Shown one piece after another: positions 9,534 to 18,216 of a stretch of 64,000 nucleotides of DNA (positions are counted from its first letter, which is position 1; every line of letters begins with the position of its first letter). This DNA is from an uncultured Prochlorococcus sp. GTDB taxonomy: Bacteria; Cyanobacteriota; Cyanobacteriia; PCC-6307; Cyanobiaceae. The translations under genes and the position numbers were made by a program. Below the pieces are notes generated by a model. It ran no database searches, was not told where the DNA came from, and saw only the letters and a list, made by a program, of their open reading frames with translations. The stretch lies in NCBI GenBank assembly GCA_902571145.1, contig CACGAP010000005.1, positions 3,306 to 67,305 on the forward strand. The letters run 5' to 3'.

Positions 9534-11069
9534 ATGACTTTTGTCATTACTACACCTTTATACTATGTTAATGATAAACCGCATTTAGGAAGTGTATATA
9601 CAACAATAATTTGTGACTCAATAGCTAGGTATAAAAGACTTGCAGGTGAAGATGTTATTTTCATCACTGGTGTTGATGAACATGGTTTGAAAATACAAAG
9701 AACAGCTAACGAAAAGGGTATTGAACCAGAATCACATTGTGATGAAATCTCAGAAGTCTTTAGTAATAATTGGAAAGATTGGAATATATCCTTTGACAAA
9801 TTTATAAGAACAAGCTCAAAAAATCATGAATTTGTTGTTAATGAATTTTATGAAAGAGTAAAAGCATCAGATGATATCTATATGGGCGTTCAAAAAGGTT
9901 GGTATTGTGTCGGTTGTGAAGAATTTAAAGATAATCCAGAAAACTCATCAACATACAAGTGTCCAATACATCAAAAAAATCTAGAATGGAAAAATGAAGA
10001 GAATCTCTTTTTTAGGCTTTCAAAATATCAAAAAGAAATCGAGAAAATAATCAACGAACCTTCTTTTATAGAACCAATAGAAAGAAAGAATGAAATTATA
10101 AATTTTGTTTCTAGAGGTTTAAAGGATTTTTCAATTTCAAGAACAAATGTTACGTGGGGAATTCCAGTCCCTGGTTACCATAACCATACCTTTTATGTGT
10201 GGTTTGATGCTTTACTTGGATATGTAAGTGCCATTAGTTCTGATGCAACAGAACATTCATTGGAAAAATCAATTAATGGAGGATGGCCAGCTGATGTTCA
10301 TTTAATTGGTAAGGATATTCTGAGATTCCATGCTGTATATTGGCCTGCAATGCTCATTTCTGCCAAAATGAAAGTTCCTAAAAAGGTTTTTGGGCACGGG
10401 TTTCTTACAAGAGAGGGGCAAAAAATGGGTAAAAGTTTAGGAAATGTACTCGACCCTGATTTATTGCTTACAAAATATGGAAATGATCCTGTAAGGTGGT
10501 ACCTCATTAAAGACATATCACTAGGAAATGATGGAGATTTTCAAGATAAAAGATTTGTTGACATCATCAATAATGACTTAGCTAATACAATTGGCAATTT
10601 ATTAAATAGAACATCATCTATGTCTAGAAAATGGTTTGATAATAAAGTGCCAAATAATGAAAAAATTCTAAGTGAAAATAAATTAGAGAATTTTGCCAAA
10701 ATTGCAGTAGAAAAATATATTTATAACTTTGATAACTACAAATTAGATTTAGCAGCTAATGAAGTACTTAGCCTAGCAATTAATACAAATTTGTATTTGA
10801 ATGATAATCAGCCATGGCTGCTAATAAAAGAAAAAGATAATCTACCTCTAGTTAAAGAAATTATTTATAACGTTTTAGAAAGTACCCGAATAATAGGATT
10901 ATTATTACTTCCTTTATTGCCTGAATTATCTACAAAAATTAATGAACAACTTGGTTCAACATATAATAAAAATGTTCCCTGGCAACAACAATTAAAATGG
11001 GGATTATTAATTGGTGACTCGTGTCTTCCTAAACCATTTCCAATAATTAACAAACTTGAGTATGAATAA
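9534..11069 (+). CDS. metG: Methionine--tRNA ligase
   Basis: YYVNDKPHLGS (HIGH), YVWFDAL, KMGKS (KMSKS). Confidence 0.98.
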   Translation: MTFVITTPLYYVNDKPHLGSVYTTIICDSIARYKRLAGEDVIFITGVDEHGLKIQRTANEKGIEPESHCDEISEVFSNNWKDWNISFDKFIRTSSKNHEFVVNEFYERVKASDDIYMGVQKGWYCVGCEEFKDNPENSSTYKCPIHQKNLEWKNEENLFFRLSKYQKEIEKIINEPSFIEPIERKNEIINFVSRGLKDFSISRTNVTWGIPVPGYHNHTFYVWFDALLGYVSAISSDATEHSLEKSINGGWPADVHLIGKDILRFHAVYWPAMLISAKMKVPKKVFGHGFLTREGQKMGKSLGNVLDPDLLLTKYGNDPVRWYLIKDISLGNDGDFQDKRFVDIINNDLANTIGNLLNRTSSMSRKWFDNKVPNNEKILSENKLENFAKIAVEKYIYNFDNYKLDLAANEVLSLAINTNLYLNDNQPWLLIKEKDNLPLVKEIIYNVLESTRIIGLLLLPLLPELSTKINEQLGSTYNKNVPWQQQLKWGLLIGDSCLPKPFPIINKLEYE

Positions 11070-11685
11070 AATATATAGATTAATATTTTTTCTTCAAGTT
11101 TTCCTTCTTGGATGTACTCCTAGCGTAATTAATGAAAATGAAATAACAAAAAAAATAAATAGTTTGGATTTGAATATTTTTGCTAAAACCGGAGAGAAAA
11201 AATACTCTATAAAAAGTCCATATTCAATTTACGATAATATTAAAAATAAATTCCAATTTAAAAACACAACTATAAATATTTTTTACGATGGTAAAACCAA
11301 GTATGTTATTAATTCAGATGAGTCAACATTATCTAATAAAAACAACCTCGTAGAATTGATAGGCAATGTAAGACTTAAAACAATTGATCAAGACGATGAT
11401 TATTTGTATGCAGATTACTTTATGTGGAATATCGACGAAGCCAAATATCTATTGACAGGTGATGTACGATTTGAAAACAAAAATGTAATATTAACTTCAG
11501 TAAAAGCAGTGTTAGATTCAGATAATGTAATTGAGTTTTTTGATCCTGTTAAATATATAATTAAGGATGATAACAATGAAAATATATATGAAACCAACTC
11601 TGAAAATGCTTACTATGATATGAACAAAGAATCCCTAAGTTTTAAAGCAAAAGATAAAAAAGTTCGCTCGAGAATTTATTTTTAA
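11056..11685 (+). CDS. LptC/OstA-like LPS export periplasmic lipoprotein
   Basis: Lipobox-like LLGC; beta-jellyroll-like repeats (LIGNVRL, LTGDVRF). Confidence 0.6.
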   Translation: MSMNKIYRLIFFLQVFLLGCTPSVINENEITKKINSLDLNIFAKTGEKKYSIKSPYSIYDNIKNKFQFKNTTINIFYDGKTKYVINSDESTLSNKNNLVELIGNVRLKTIDQDDDYLYADYFMWNIDEAKYLLTGDVRFENKNVILTSVKAVLDSDNVIEFFDPVKYIIKDDNNENIYETNSENAYYDMNKESLSFKAKDKKVRSRIYF

Positions 11686-12308
11686 ATATTATTTTTAAAA
11701 AATATATTATTAATTTTTTTCGACCAGTTATTTATCCATTTTTCATCAGACTTAGTAAAACATTTTGGACTCCAACCTCCAATCAATATGAAAGCCTTCC
11801 TATTTATTGGTACGACTAAGATAGATGGAACATTAGGACAAAAATTATAAAATTCACCTCTACCTGGGTAAAATTTTGTGTTTGCTAATGATATTAATTT
11901 CATATCTTTTGTTGATCTTAGACATGTTTCTCCAGGCTTAAACTCATTACTTGAAGTGATTCCCCTCCTCAATATATTAACGCCATTATTGTGAATTAAT
12001 ATTGCTGCTGCTGCTGTAGAAGTTAATATTGCTTCAGACCCCCATGCAAGTTCATCAATAACTTCATCCGGCATGTTTCTATCGAAGAGAAACTTATTTT
12101 CTCCTTTTAAAGCAGCTTTCTCACCAGCTAATGGTTCGAATTGTTTAAATAAAAAACCTATCAAAATAATAATTAATGAAGCTATTGAGGCTAACACTTG
12201 TGCTCTTTCAAGCTCAGGAGTGATTGTTTCTATTGAAATGAAATTTGCTATTTGAAAAATAAAGAGTATTGCACCGACTAATATTAATGATTTGCCATTG
12301 AATCCCAT
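11682..12308 (-). CDS. Cofactor assembly of complex C subunit B (CCB2/CCB4 family)
   Basis: Two N-terminal TM helices, ELAWGS..ILT.T.A, LANTKFYPGR.EF. Confidence 0.75.
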   Translation of the reverse strand: MGFNGKSLILVGAILFIFQIANFISIETITPELERAQVLASIASLIIILIGFLFKQFEPLAGEKAALKGENKFLFDRNMPDEVIDELAWGSEAILTSTAAAAILIHNNGVNILRRGITSSNEFKPGETCLRSTKDMKLISLANTKFYPGRGEFYNFCPNVPSILVVPINRKAFILIGGWSPKCFTKSDEKWINNWSKKINNIFFKNNI

Positions 12309-12419
12309 ATTTCAAATGTGCTATTTCTAATTAAATTATGAAAATATTATATTGTTTAGTACATTTAAAATTACTCAAACATATGGTTTTTAATATATAA
12401 TTAATCAAAACCTTTTAAA

Positions 12420-12728
12420 ATGAATCTAAAAATTAATAAATATATACTTTCTCTTATCTTTACTGGCTTAATTTTTATCATCCCCGCGACTACATTCGCA
12501 AATGAAATTATTAGCTTAAATAAATATTTTGGTATTACTCCACAGAAGACTGTTATAAATTACGAAAAAAGTCAGCCTTCATCTATTGACAATCCTGTAG
12601 TGGATCCAAATTTTAACACTATGAGATCAAAAGATACTGAGAGTTCAACTGCTACTTATATAGTTATAGGTTTGTTAATTGCTGCCACAATTATTCCTTT
12701 AGCAACATGGTGGTATTTCTCTAAATAA
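12420..12728 (+). CDS. Hypothetical membrane protein (signal peptide plus C-terminal TM)
   Basis: ORF with two hydrophobic segments. Confidence 0.7.
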   Translation: MNLKINKYILSLIFTGLIFIIPATTFANEIISLNKYFGITPQKTVINYEKSQPSSIDNPVVDPNFNTMRSKDTESSTATYIVIGLLIAATIIPLATWWYFSK

Positions 12729-12738
12729 TAGAGAATTT

Positions 12739-13299
12739 ATGAATGCCAAGGATTTAAGTATTAGTGAATATTCATCTTATATAGTTTTTATTACAGGAGG
12801 GACAAAGAGTGGCAAAAGTCAATTCGCGGAGCATCTTGCAAAGGATATAGAAAAATTATCATATGTTGCCTTATCTGAAAACAATTGGGATGATAAAGAA
12901 TGGCAAGTTAAAATTAATCTGCATCGAAAAAGAAGGCCAAAAGATTGGAAATTAATAGAAACAACAGACCTATTAAATACATTAAGGAATGAAAAAGGTC
13001 CATTATTAATAGATTCGATTGGCGGTTTCGTTATGAAAAGTATTGGCAAGGAACAAAATGAATGGTCAACAAAAATGGATTCACTTATAAGTCTTTTAAT
13101 GAAAAGAAAAAGCATAACAATTATTGTTGGAGAACAAGTAGGTTGGAGCCTAGTCTCTGAATATAAAATTGGTAATACTTATATTGAAAGAATCGGCGAA
13201 CTTCAAAAGAGATTAACCAAAATATCAAAAGATAATTGGCTGGCAATAAACGGCAGAGCAATCAAAATAGATGAAATAAGTATTGAAATACCTACTTAA
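12739..13299 (+). CDS. cobU: Adenosylcobinamide kinase / adenosylcobinamide-phosphate guanylyltransferase
   Basis: ITGGTKSGKSQFAE P-loop, HRKRRP..W..IE, EQVGW. Confidence 0.9.
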   Translation: MNAKDLSISEYSSYIVFITGGTKSGKSQFAEHLAKDIEKLSYVALSENNWDDKEWQVKINLHRKRRPKDWKLIETTDLLNTLRNEKGPLLIDSIGGFVMKSIGKEQNEWSTKMDSLISLLMKRKSITIIVGEQVGWSLVSEYKIGNTYIERIGELQKRLTKISKDNWLAINGRAIKIDEISIEIPT

Positions 13300-13301
13300 A
13301 A

Positions 13302-13784
13302 TTGGAAGTCGCTCTTTTTGAACCTAGAATCCCACAAAATACTGGTAATATTGCCAGATCATGTGCTGCATTTAATGTACCTTTAAATCTTATAGAGCCC
13401 TTGGGTTTTAAACTAGAGGATAAATATTTAAAGAGAGCAGGATTAGACTATTGGCCTCTAGTTACTGTTAATAAATATGAGAATTTTGAAAAATTTTTGA
13501 GTTCAAAATCAACAAAAAGAATAATTTCTTTTAGTAAAAAAAATGGATTATACTTGAAAGATTTTAAATTTAAGCAAGATGATATTTTGCTATTTGGGAG
13601 AGAAGATTCAGGATTACCAGATTCAATTATTAATAAAAGCGACTTTTTAATATCAATATTTATGCCGAATTTACAGACTAGAAACAATGATCAAAAAGGT
13701 GTTAGAAGTTTAAACCTTTCTGTAGCATGCGGAATTGCTATATATGAGGCCCACAAACAAATAAATTTTCAAAATGGTAATTAA
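13302..13784 (+). CDS. trmL: tRNA (cytidine/uridine-34-2'-O)-methyltransferase, SPOUT family
   Basis: EPRIPQNTGNIAR, RAGLDYW, FGRE..GLP, RSLNLS. Confidence 0.93.
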   Translation: MEVALFEPRIPQNTGNIARSCAAFNVPLNLIEPLGFKLEDKYLKRAGLDYWPLVTVNKYENFEKFLSSKSTKRIISFSKKNGLYLKDFKFKQDDILLFGREDSGLPDSIINKSDFLISIFMPNLQTRNNDQKGVRSLNLSVACGIAIYEAHKQINFQNGN

Positions 13785-13813
13785 GTACAACCAATGACTT
13801 ACAATAATCCCAT

Positions 13814-13887
<74 letters not shown>

Positions 13888-13955
13888 TTTTCAATACTTT
13901 TCAATTGAATGAACATAGGCGAAATTTTAATTTAATAAAACTATTAAAGAAAATA

Positions 13956-14243
13956 ATGTTTAATTCACTCGGCACAGTCTTAGATCCAAAGAAATCTAAA
14001 GCAAAATATCCAGAAGCAAGGGTTATAGTTCTTGATGATAATTTTAATACATTTCAGCATGTTGCAAATTGTCTTCTAACAATAATCCCTAGCATGAGTG
14101 AAAAAAAGGCATGGGATCTAACCTTAAAAGTTGACAAGACAGGATCGGCGGAGGTATGGAGAGGTAATCTTGAACAGGCAGAGCTATATCATGAGCAACT
14201 CTTCAGTAGAGGATTAACAATGGCTCCAATTGAAAAAACATAA
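13956..14243 (+). CDS. clpS: ATP-dependent Clp protease adaptor ClpS
   Basis: RVIVLDDNFNTFQHVANCL...G.AEVW.G..EQAELY; ATG 13956 preferred over TTG 13905. Confidence 0.9.
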   Translation: MFNSLGTVLDPKKSKAKYPEARVIVLDDNFNTFQHVANCLLTIIPSMSEKKAWDLTLKVDKTGSAEVWRGNLEQAELYHEQLFSRGLTMAPIEKT

Positions 14244-14254
14244 AATAAGTAAGG

Positions 14255-14506
14255 TTGACAGAAAATTTTTGGCTTGTGAATTCGAATCGTACAAGAGTTA
14301 AAAGGTTTTCAAAGAATAATCTAAATAAAGATAAATTTTTTGAATATATGTTTATTGACTCTGGGAAAATTCTTGGTGTTCTAGGAAAAGAACCACCTCT
14401 TATGACAACCAGAGAAGAACTTAAAGTTGATAAAGCTAGAGATGAATGGAAAAAATTAATCACTCAAGGTTGGAGGAGAACCAAACCTGTTTGGGAAGAA
14501 TCTTAG
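14255..14506 (+). CDS. DUF1651-like picocyanobacterial protein
   Basis: PPLM.TR.EL....AR..WK.L...GW....P.W C-terminal pattern. Confidence 0.7.
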   Translation: MTENFWLVNSNRTRVKRFSKNNLNKDKFFEYMFIDSGKILGVLGKEPPLMTTREELKVDKARDEWKKLITQGWRRTKPVWEES

Positions 14507-14634
14507 TATCCAATATTGTTACTAGGGTTAGTTATATAAATTATGAGATTAAGGACGTAGTTAGCGGGTAAATTTAATGGCTTCAAAAGTAACAAAGCTA
14601 TTCCTTGAGTCACATTAAATTCTTTATTTTTCAT
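14503..14634 (-). CDS. Possible microprotein, 43 aa
   Basis: MKNKEFNVTQGIALLLLKPLNLPANYVLNLIIYITNPSNNIGY*; read manually. Confidence 0.35.
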   Translation of the reverse strand: MKNKEFNVTQGIALLLLKPLNLPANYVLNLIIYITNPSNNIGY

Positions 14635-14901
14635 AAAAAAGAAAAGTCTCATTTTAATTATAAAAAGACTGTCAAATAAAAACTAAAAAAACTCATTAAA
14701 ATATATATAAGCATTTATTGATAAAGGTTTTAAATATCTTACCTTAAGCAAAAGATCAAGAGCTTTATTAGGTATTGGGATAGTTGCTATAGGTATTGGA
14801 TTAATATCAAAAAAAGTAGTTAATTATCCAGCTGGAGGTTGTATGAAAGGAAATCAAGAAATAACTTTCAATATGTAGTCATTAATCTTCTTAAATATTC
14901 C

Positions 14902-15291
14902 TTAATTATTAAATCCAGTCAACTTTGATAACTCTTTTAGTGAAAGGACACCTAAAATTAGTTTTCCATTTATTTCCCATGTGGGAAACCCTTTGATTTT
15001 TTTATCAATACATAATTGAGTTTGACTGTTTATGCCATCTCTTGCACATTCAACTACATTAAGTTCTCTATAAGCTTGCTTACCAAATAATTCACTTTGA
15101 ATAAGGCAATTAGGACACCAATATGCAGAATATTTAACTACACCATTATCTTTAAGGTACTTTGCCAACTCAATAGATTCCATAGTGCTTTCTGAGGTGA
15201 CTGTAAGTTCTCTTTGATTATTCAAGTGGGAGCTATGAACAATACTTGGCAAAGTAAGCAAAACTAATAATGGGATTAATAAGCGTTTCAT
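14902..15291 (-). CDS. Exported thioredoxin-like protein (resembles the Trx-like domain of cyanobacterial VKOR/DsbAB)
   Basis: Signal peptide, YSAYWCPNC, ELFGK, VEC...C....IKGFPTWEING. Confidence 0.85.
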   Translation of the reverse strand: MKRLLIPLLVLLTLPSIVHSSHLNNQRELTVTSESTMESIELAKYLKDNGVVKYSAYWCPNCLIQSELFGKQAYRELNVVECARDGINSQTQLCIDKKIKGFPTWEINGKLILGVLSLKELSKLTGFNN

Positions 15292-15440
15292 TTATTTACT
15301 ACTTTTCCGCCATATTTTCTAACTATTTTATCAACCAGAATTCGTATATCTTTATTTTTGAGTTTCTCTATTTGCTGAAGATTTTCAAGAAGATCACATA
15401 TTTGATCCTGTGTATCTTCATTTAATTCACTTACTGCCAT
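15288..15440 (-). CDS. Microprotein, 50 aa, coupled to the thioredoxin-like gene
   Basis: MAVSELNEDTQDQICDLLENLQQIEKLKNKDIRILVDKIVRKYGGKVVNK*; ATGA overlap with the downstream start. Confidence 0.65.
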   Translation of the reverse strand: MAVSELNEDTQDQICDLLENLQQIEKLKNKDIRILVDKIVRKYGGKVVNK

Positions 15441-15532
15441 TTATATAATTAAAGTTTTTATATTCCAATTTTAAATCAAAAGTAAATTTACATACTTATT
15501 GTATTTATATTTTTTTATTGCTATTTTTTTAA

Positions 15533-15590
15533 AGCGGGCTAAGGTTCATATCTCCACGAGGATTTAGTCCGCTGAATTTTTAAATATTCA
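15533..15590 (+). ncRNA. Candidate small RNA (GC-rich hairpin with C-rich loop)
   Basis: AGCGGGCTAA/TTAGTCCGCT stem, loop ATATCTCCAC; upstream TTGTAT-N17-TATTTT (15499-15527). Confidence 0.5.
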
Positions 15591-15699
15591 ATTTATTTTG
15601 GATCCATCTTAAAGAAGTTGATAAAAAATAGTCTTATAAATATTTATTATTGCTTAATTTCTAAATTCCATTGAAAAGTAATTTAATTTAAACATTAGG

Positions 15700-15710
15700 A
15701 GTGTGACACT
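15700..15710. promoter_or_regulatory. Palindrome AGTGTGACACT overlapping the RHH gene stop
   Basis: Exact reverse complement of the site at 16092-16102. Confidence 0.55.
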
Positions 15711-16077
15711 ATTTATTAAAAATATTATTATTTCGCTTCATAACTTTCTTAAAATACTTAAACTCAATAAATTCATGCATCATTTTGATATCATCACATA
15801 ACACTTTTTTATTAACTGTATAGTCGTCCCCATTCTCTGGAAATTTATTATTTTCTGAGCATGTTTTTTGATCTAAGGAAAAATTGATCAAGTCACCCTT
15901 ATCAAGGCTATTTTGACCAAAAGATTCATTTAATTCTCCTCTAGACCTCAACGCTTCTTCTACCAATAAACCTGTAACTTTTGACTGACTAAATTTATTA
16001 GATTTGCACAATTTTTCAATAATTTCATGAACTTCTTCACTTGGCAAAAAACCAATTCTTTTCCTCGGAGAGGGCAT
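15709..16077 (-). CDS. Ribbon-helix-helix (CopG-like) DNA-binding protein
   Basis: RKRIGFLPSEEVHEIIEKLCKSNKFSQSKVTGLLVEEALRSRG strand-helix-helix pattern. Confidence 0.75.
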   Translation of the reverse strand: MPSPRKRIGFLPSEEVHEIIEKLCKSNKFSQSKVTGLLVEEALRSRGELNESFGQNSLDKGDLINFSLDQKTCSENNKFPENGDDYTVNKKVLCDDIKMMHEFIEFKYFKKVMKRNNNIFNK

Positions 16078-16091
16078 AATTAAAAAAAATT

Positions 16092-16124
16092 AGTGTCACA
16101 CTTGCACATTACAAGTGTTGCACT
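16092..16124. promoter_or_regulatory. Tandem operator-like palindromes AGTGTCACACT (16092-16102) and AGTGTTGCACT (16114-16124) in a divergent promoter
   Basis: 22-bp periodicity; overlap TTGCAC-N16-TATATT on the + strand. Confidence 0.6.
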
Positions 16125-16153
16125 ATATTTGATTTAAGTCAACTAATTTTGCT

Positions 16154-16306
16154 ATGCATATTTTAATATTTCCTGCTGGATTTATTCTTTGGTATCTAGC
16201 TTATGAAGCAAAACCTATCTTTAATGATGAAGCAACACTTCATTGGGAAGAGAAAAATACTAATAAAAGAAATAAACTTTTAAATATAATCAATGAAAGC
16301 TTTTAA
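16154..16306 (+). CDS. Single-TM microprotein, 50 aa
   Basis: MHILIFPAGFILWYLAYEAKPIFNDEATLHWEEKNTNKRNKLLNIINESF*; divergent from the RHH gene. Confidence 0.65.
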   Translation: MHILIFPAGFILWYLAYEAKPIFNDEATLHWEEKNTNKRNKLLNIINESF

Positions 16307-16482
16307 AATTTACTATCAATCGATTTTGACCATTCCTTGTGCTTATAATCTAGATCTGAGATTAACTGTTTTTGATAAGTAAATTTGAGTTGATTTTCGT
16401 TAAGTGATTTTTTTGTGATAATCATCTCTTTAGAGAAAAAATCAGGAGTGTTAGAACTACTAATTTTTTTTTGAACTTCCAT
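16303..16482 (-). CDS. Hypothetical microprotein, 59 aa
   Basis: MEVQKKISSSNTPDFFSKEM...HKEWSKSIDSKF*; convergent 4-bp overlap with 16154-16306. Confidence 0.55.
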   Translation of the reverse strand: MEVQKKISSSNTPDFFSKEMIITKKSLNENQLKFTYQKQLISDLDYKHKEWSKSIDSKF

Positions 16483-16645
16483 ATGAGTAACTCATCTATT
16501 TTTTTTATATGATTCAGGGGCTTATAGTCCTAATATTTTTATAATTTTTTTATATTTCCTTAATATGTACTTTCAGCATGTTTGTAAAAAATATTAGTTT
16601 ATTAGATAGAAAAGGTTATATTAAAACAAATATATATGTTTTATT

Positions 16646-16816
16646 ATGAATCTTAAGGAGAGAGGCATTACTGTTGGAGATTTACTAATCATATTAATAA
16701 TAATAACCTCTACGATATTAATTAAATCATTTAGCAAGGATAAAAAAACAACCCATAATTTTAGTAATCAAGAGCAAGTATCTTATAAGGAAAATATATT
16801 TCAAAAATTTATTTGA
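16646..16816 (+). CDS. Microprotein, 56 aa, with prepilin-like N-terminus
   Basis: MNLKERG|ITVGDLLIILIIITSTILIKSF. Confidence 0.6.
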   Translation: MNLKERGITVGDLLIILIIITSTILIKSFSKDKKTTHNFSNQEQVSYKENIFQKFI

Positions 16817-16925
16817 ATTACTTATATAAATTATCTATAAACTCTTTTTTTGATTTGTTTAACTAATTAAATTTCTTATCTAAATTTCAGGAATTGATTT
16901 TTATCAAACAATGAGTTTAAGTAGT

Positions 16926-17129
16926 TTAAATATTTTGATGAAATGATTTATGACATTCCCATTTCAAATTATCCTTTAAATCATTAAAATCATTTGATAT
17001 TGAAACTAAATTCACCATTTGAAGAATTTGAGTTTTATTTAGCCTATTAATAGCAATAAGTTTATTAAGCATTTCTAAAACAGATTTATCATTAATATTC
17101 ATTGTTTGTATAAAACTATGATTCTTCAA
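16926..17129 (-). CDS. Hypothetical protein (ATG 17102 is a likely start)
   Basis: ORF track; no motif. Confidence 0.55.
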   Translation of the reverse strand: MKNHSFIQTMNINDKSVLEMLNKLIAINRLNKTQILQMVNLVSISNDFNDLKDNLKWECHKSFHQNI

Positions 17130-17296
17130 TTCCTATACCTTATCTTATAATTTTAAATTTACTTTTAAAATTTCATGATTTATTTATAGACAAAAATAAT
17201 AAATATCTAAAAAATCATCAAAAATAAAACTCTTACTGATAAGTAAAAATCTTTAGCTCACTTTTTTATAAATTCGTTTATTGTAAAAAGAAAAAA

Positions 17297-17467
17297 ATGA
17301 AAAAAAACTCCAGGAAAGAATACCTCAATAGAGATGAAGTTAATGAAATGATTGAATCTGCATTAAGAAGACACAATAGAAGATCTACAATAATATCAAG
17401 TGTACTTGGCTGGATTCTAATAGGTGGCTATTCGTTTGGACTTTTTCAAGCAGTTCAGAATGTCTAA
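17297..17467 (+). CDS. Single-TM microprotein, 56 aa (EMI..A.RRHNR..TIIS...GW type)
   Basis: MKKNSRKEYLNRDEVNEMIESALRRHNRRSTIISSVLGWILIGGYSFGLFQAVQNV*. Confidence 0.7.
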   Translation: MKKNSRKEYLNRDEVNEMIESALRRHNRRSTIISSVLGWILIGGYSFGLFQAVQNV

Positions 17468-17528
17468 TTAATCTTTTTTTAAATAGAACTTCCTAAATGA
17501 TAAATTAATATAAGACTGAGTATTTATT

Positions 17529-17747
17529 ATGAGGGAATATATTGAGGAAAATCTAACAGTGATAAGAAAATATTTAAAAAAACGAAAAAAGTATACATCA
17601 AAATTAAATAATGCTTCGATAATGGAAGAATTCAAAGAATGGAGCAAAGATCCTTTACCTGAGACAGAATCAATTTGGACTTTACCTGACTTAACGAGAA
17701 ATGAAAGACTAAAAAATTTTTGTCGCTCCATTAAAAAGGAAATATGA
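17529..17747 (+). CDS. Hypothetical protein, 72 aa
   Basis: ATG ORF on the same strand as the upstream microprotein. Confidence 0.6.
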   Translation: MREYIEENLTVIRKYLKKRKKYTSKLNNASIMEEFKEWSKDPLPETESIWTLPDLTRNERLKNFCRSIKKEI

Positions 17748-17754
17748 TAAGTTT

Positions 17755-17913
17755 TTAACTACCTAGTTGTATATGATTTACCTTTAAGTAAAAATAACCC
17801 GCAAATCCAACTATATTCAATATTACAACGAAAATCCAAGCTCCAATTGGCTGATTAGAATCAAATTTTTTTATTTTAACTTTTTCCTTTAGTCTCTCAA
17901 TATATTTAGCCAT
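17755..17913 (-). CDS. Single-TM microprotein, 52 aa
   Basis: MAKYIERLKEKVKIKKFDSNQPIGAWIFVVILNIVGFAGYFYLKVNHIQLGS*. Confidence 0.6.
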   Translation of the reverse strand: MAKYIERLKEKVKIKKFDSNQPIGAWIFVVILNIVGFAGYFYLKVNHIQLGS

Positions 17914-18216
17914 AATCAAAAATATTAAAAAGAATATTCATAATTATAGATAGTTGAATTTAAAGGAATCTTAAATAAAATAAAATTTCTTCTAATTGGA
18001 AATTTTACTGTCAAGCCTGTTAATGGGATATTTAATTAACTCCTTTTTGAGATTTTTTAAAAGTTTGTTGTGATTCAAAATTGTAAATTTCCTAGTAAAG
18101 GAATAATGCCATTTCATTGAATTAAAAAAAAACTTGCTAATTCATTATTTTTAAAATTATAATACTCATTACGGTCATTCAGACCATACTTAATTTAAAT
18201 AAGGAAAATTTTTTTC

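Noticed and set aside
15629-15642. Half-matches to the 14-bp box (TAGTCTTATAAATA; also ATATAAGACT near 17508)
   Set aside because: Only one arm matches and there is no partner box at 35 bp; expected by chance in AT-rich DNA
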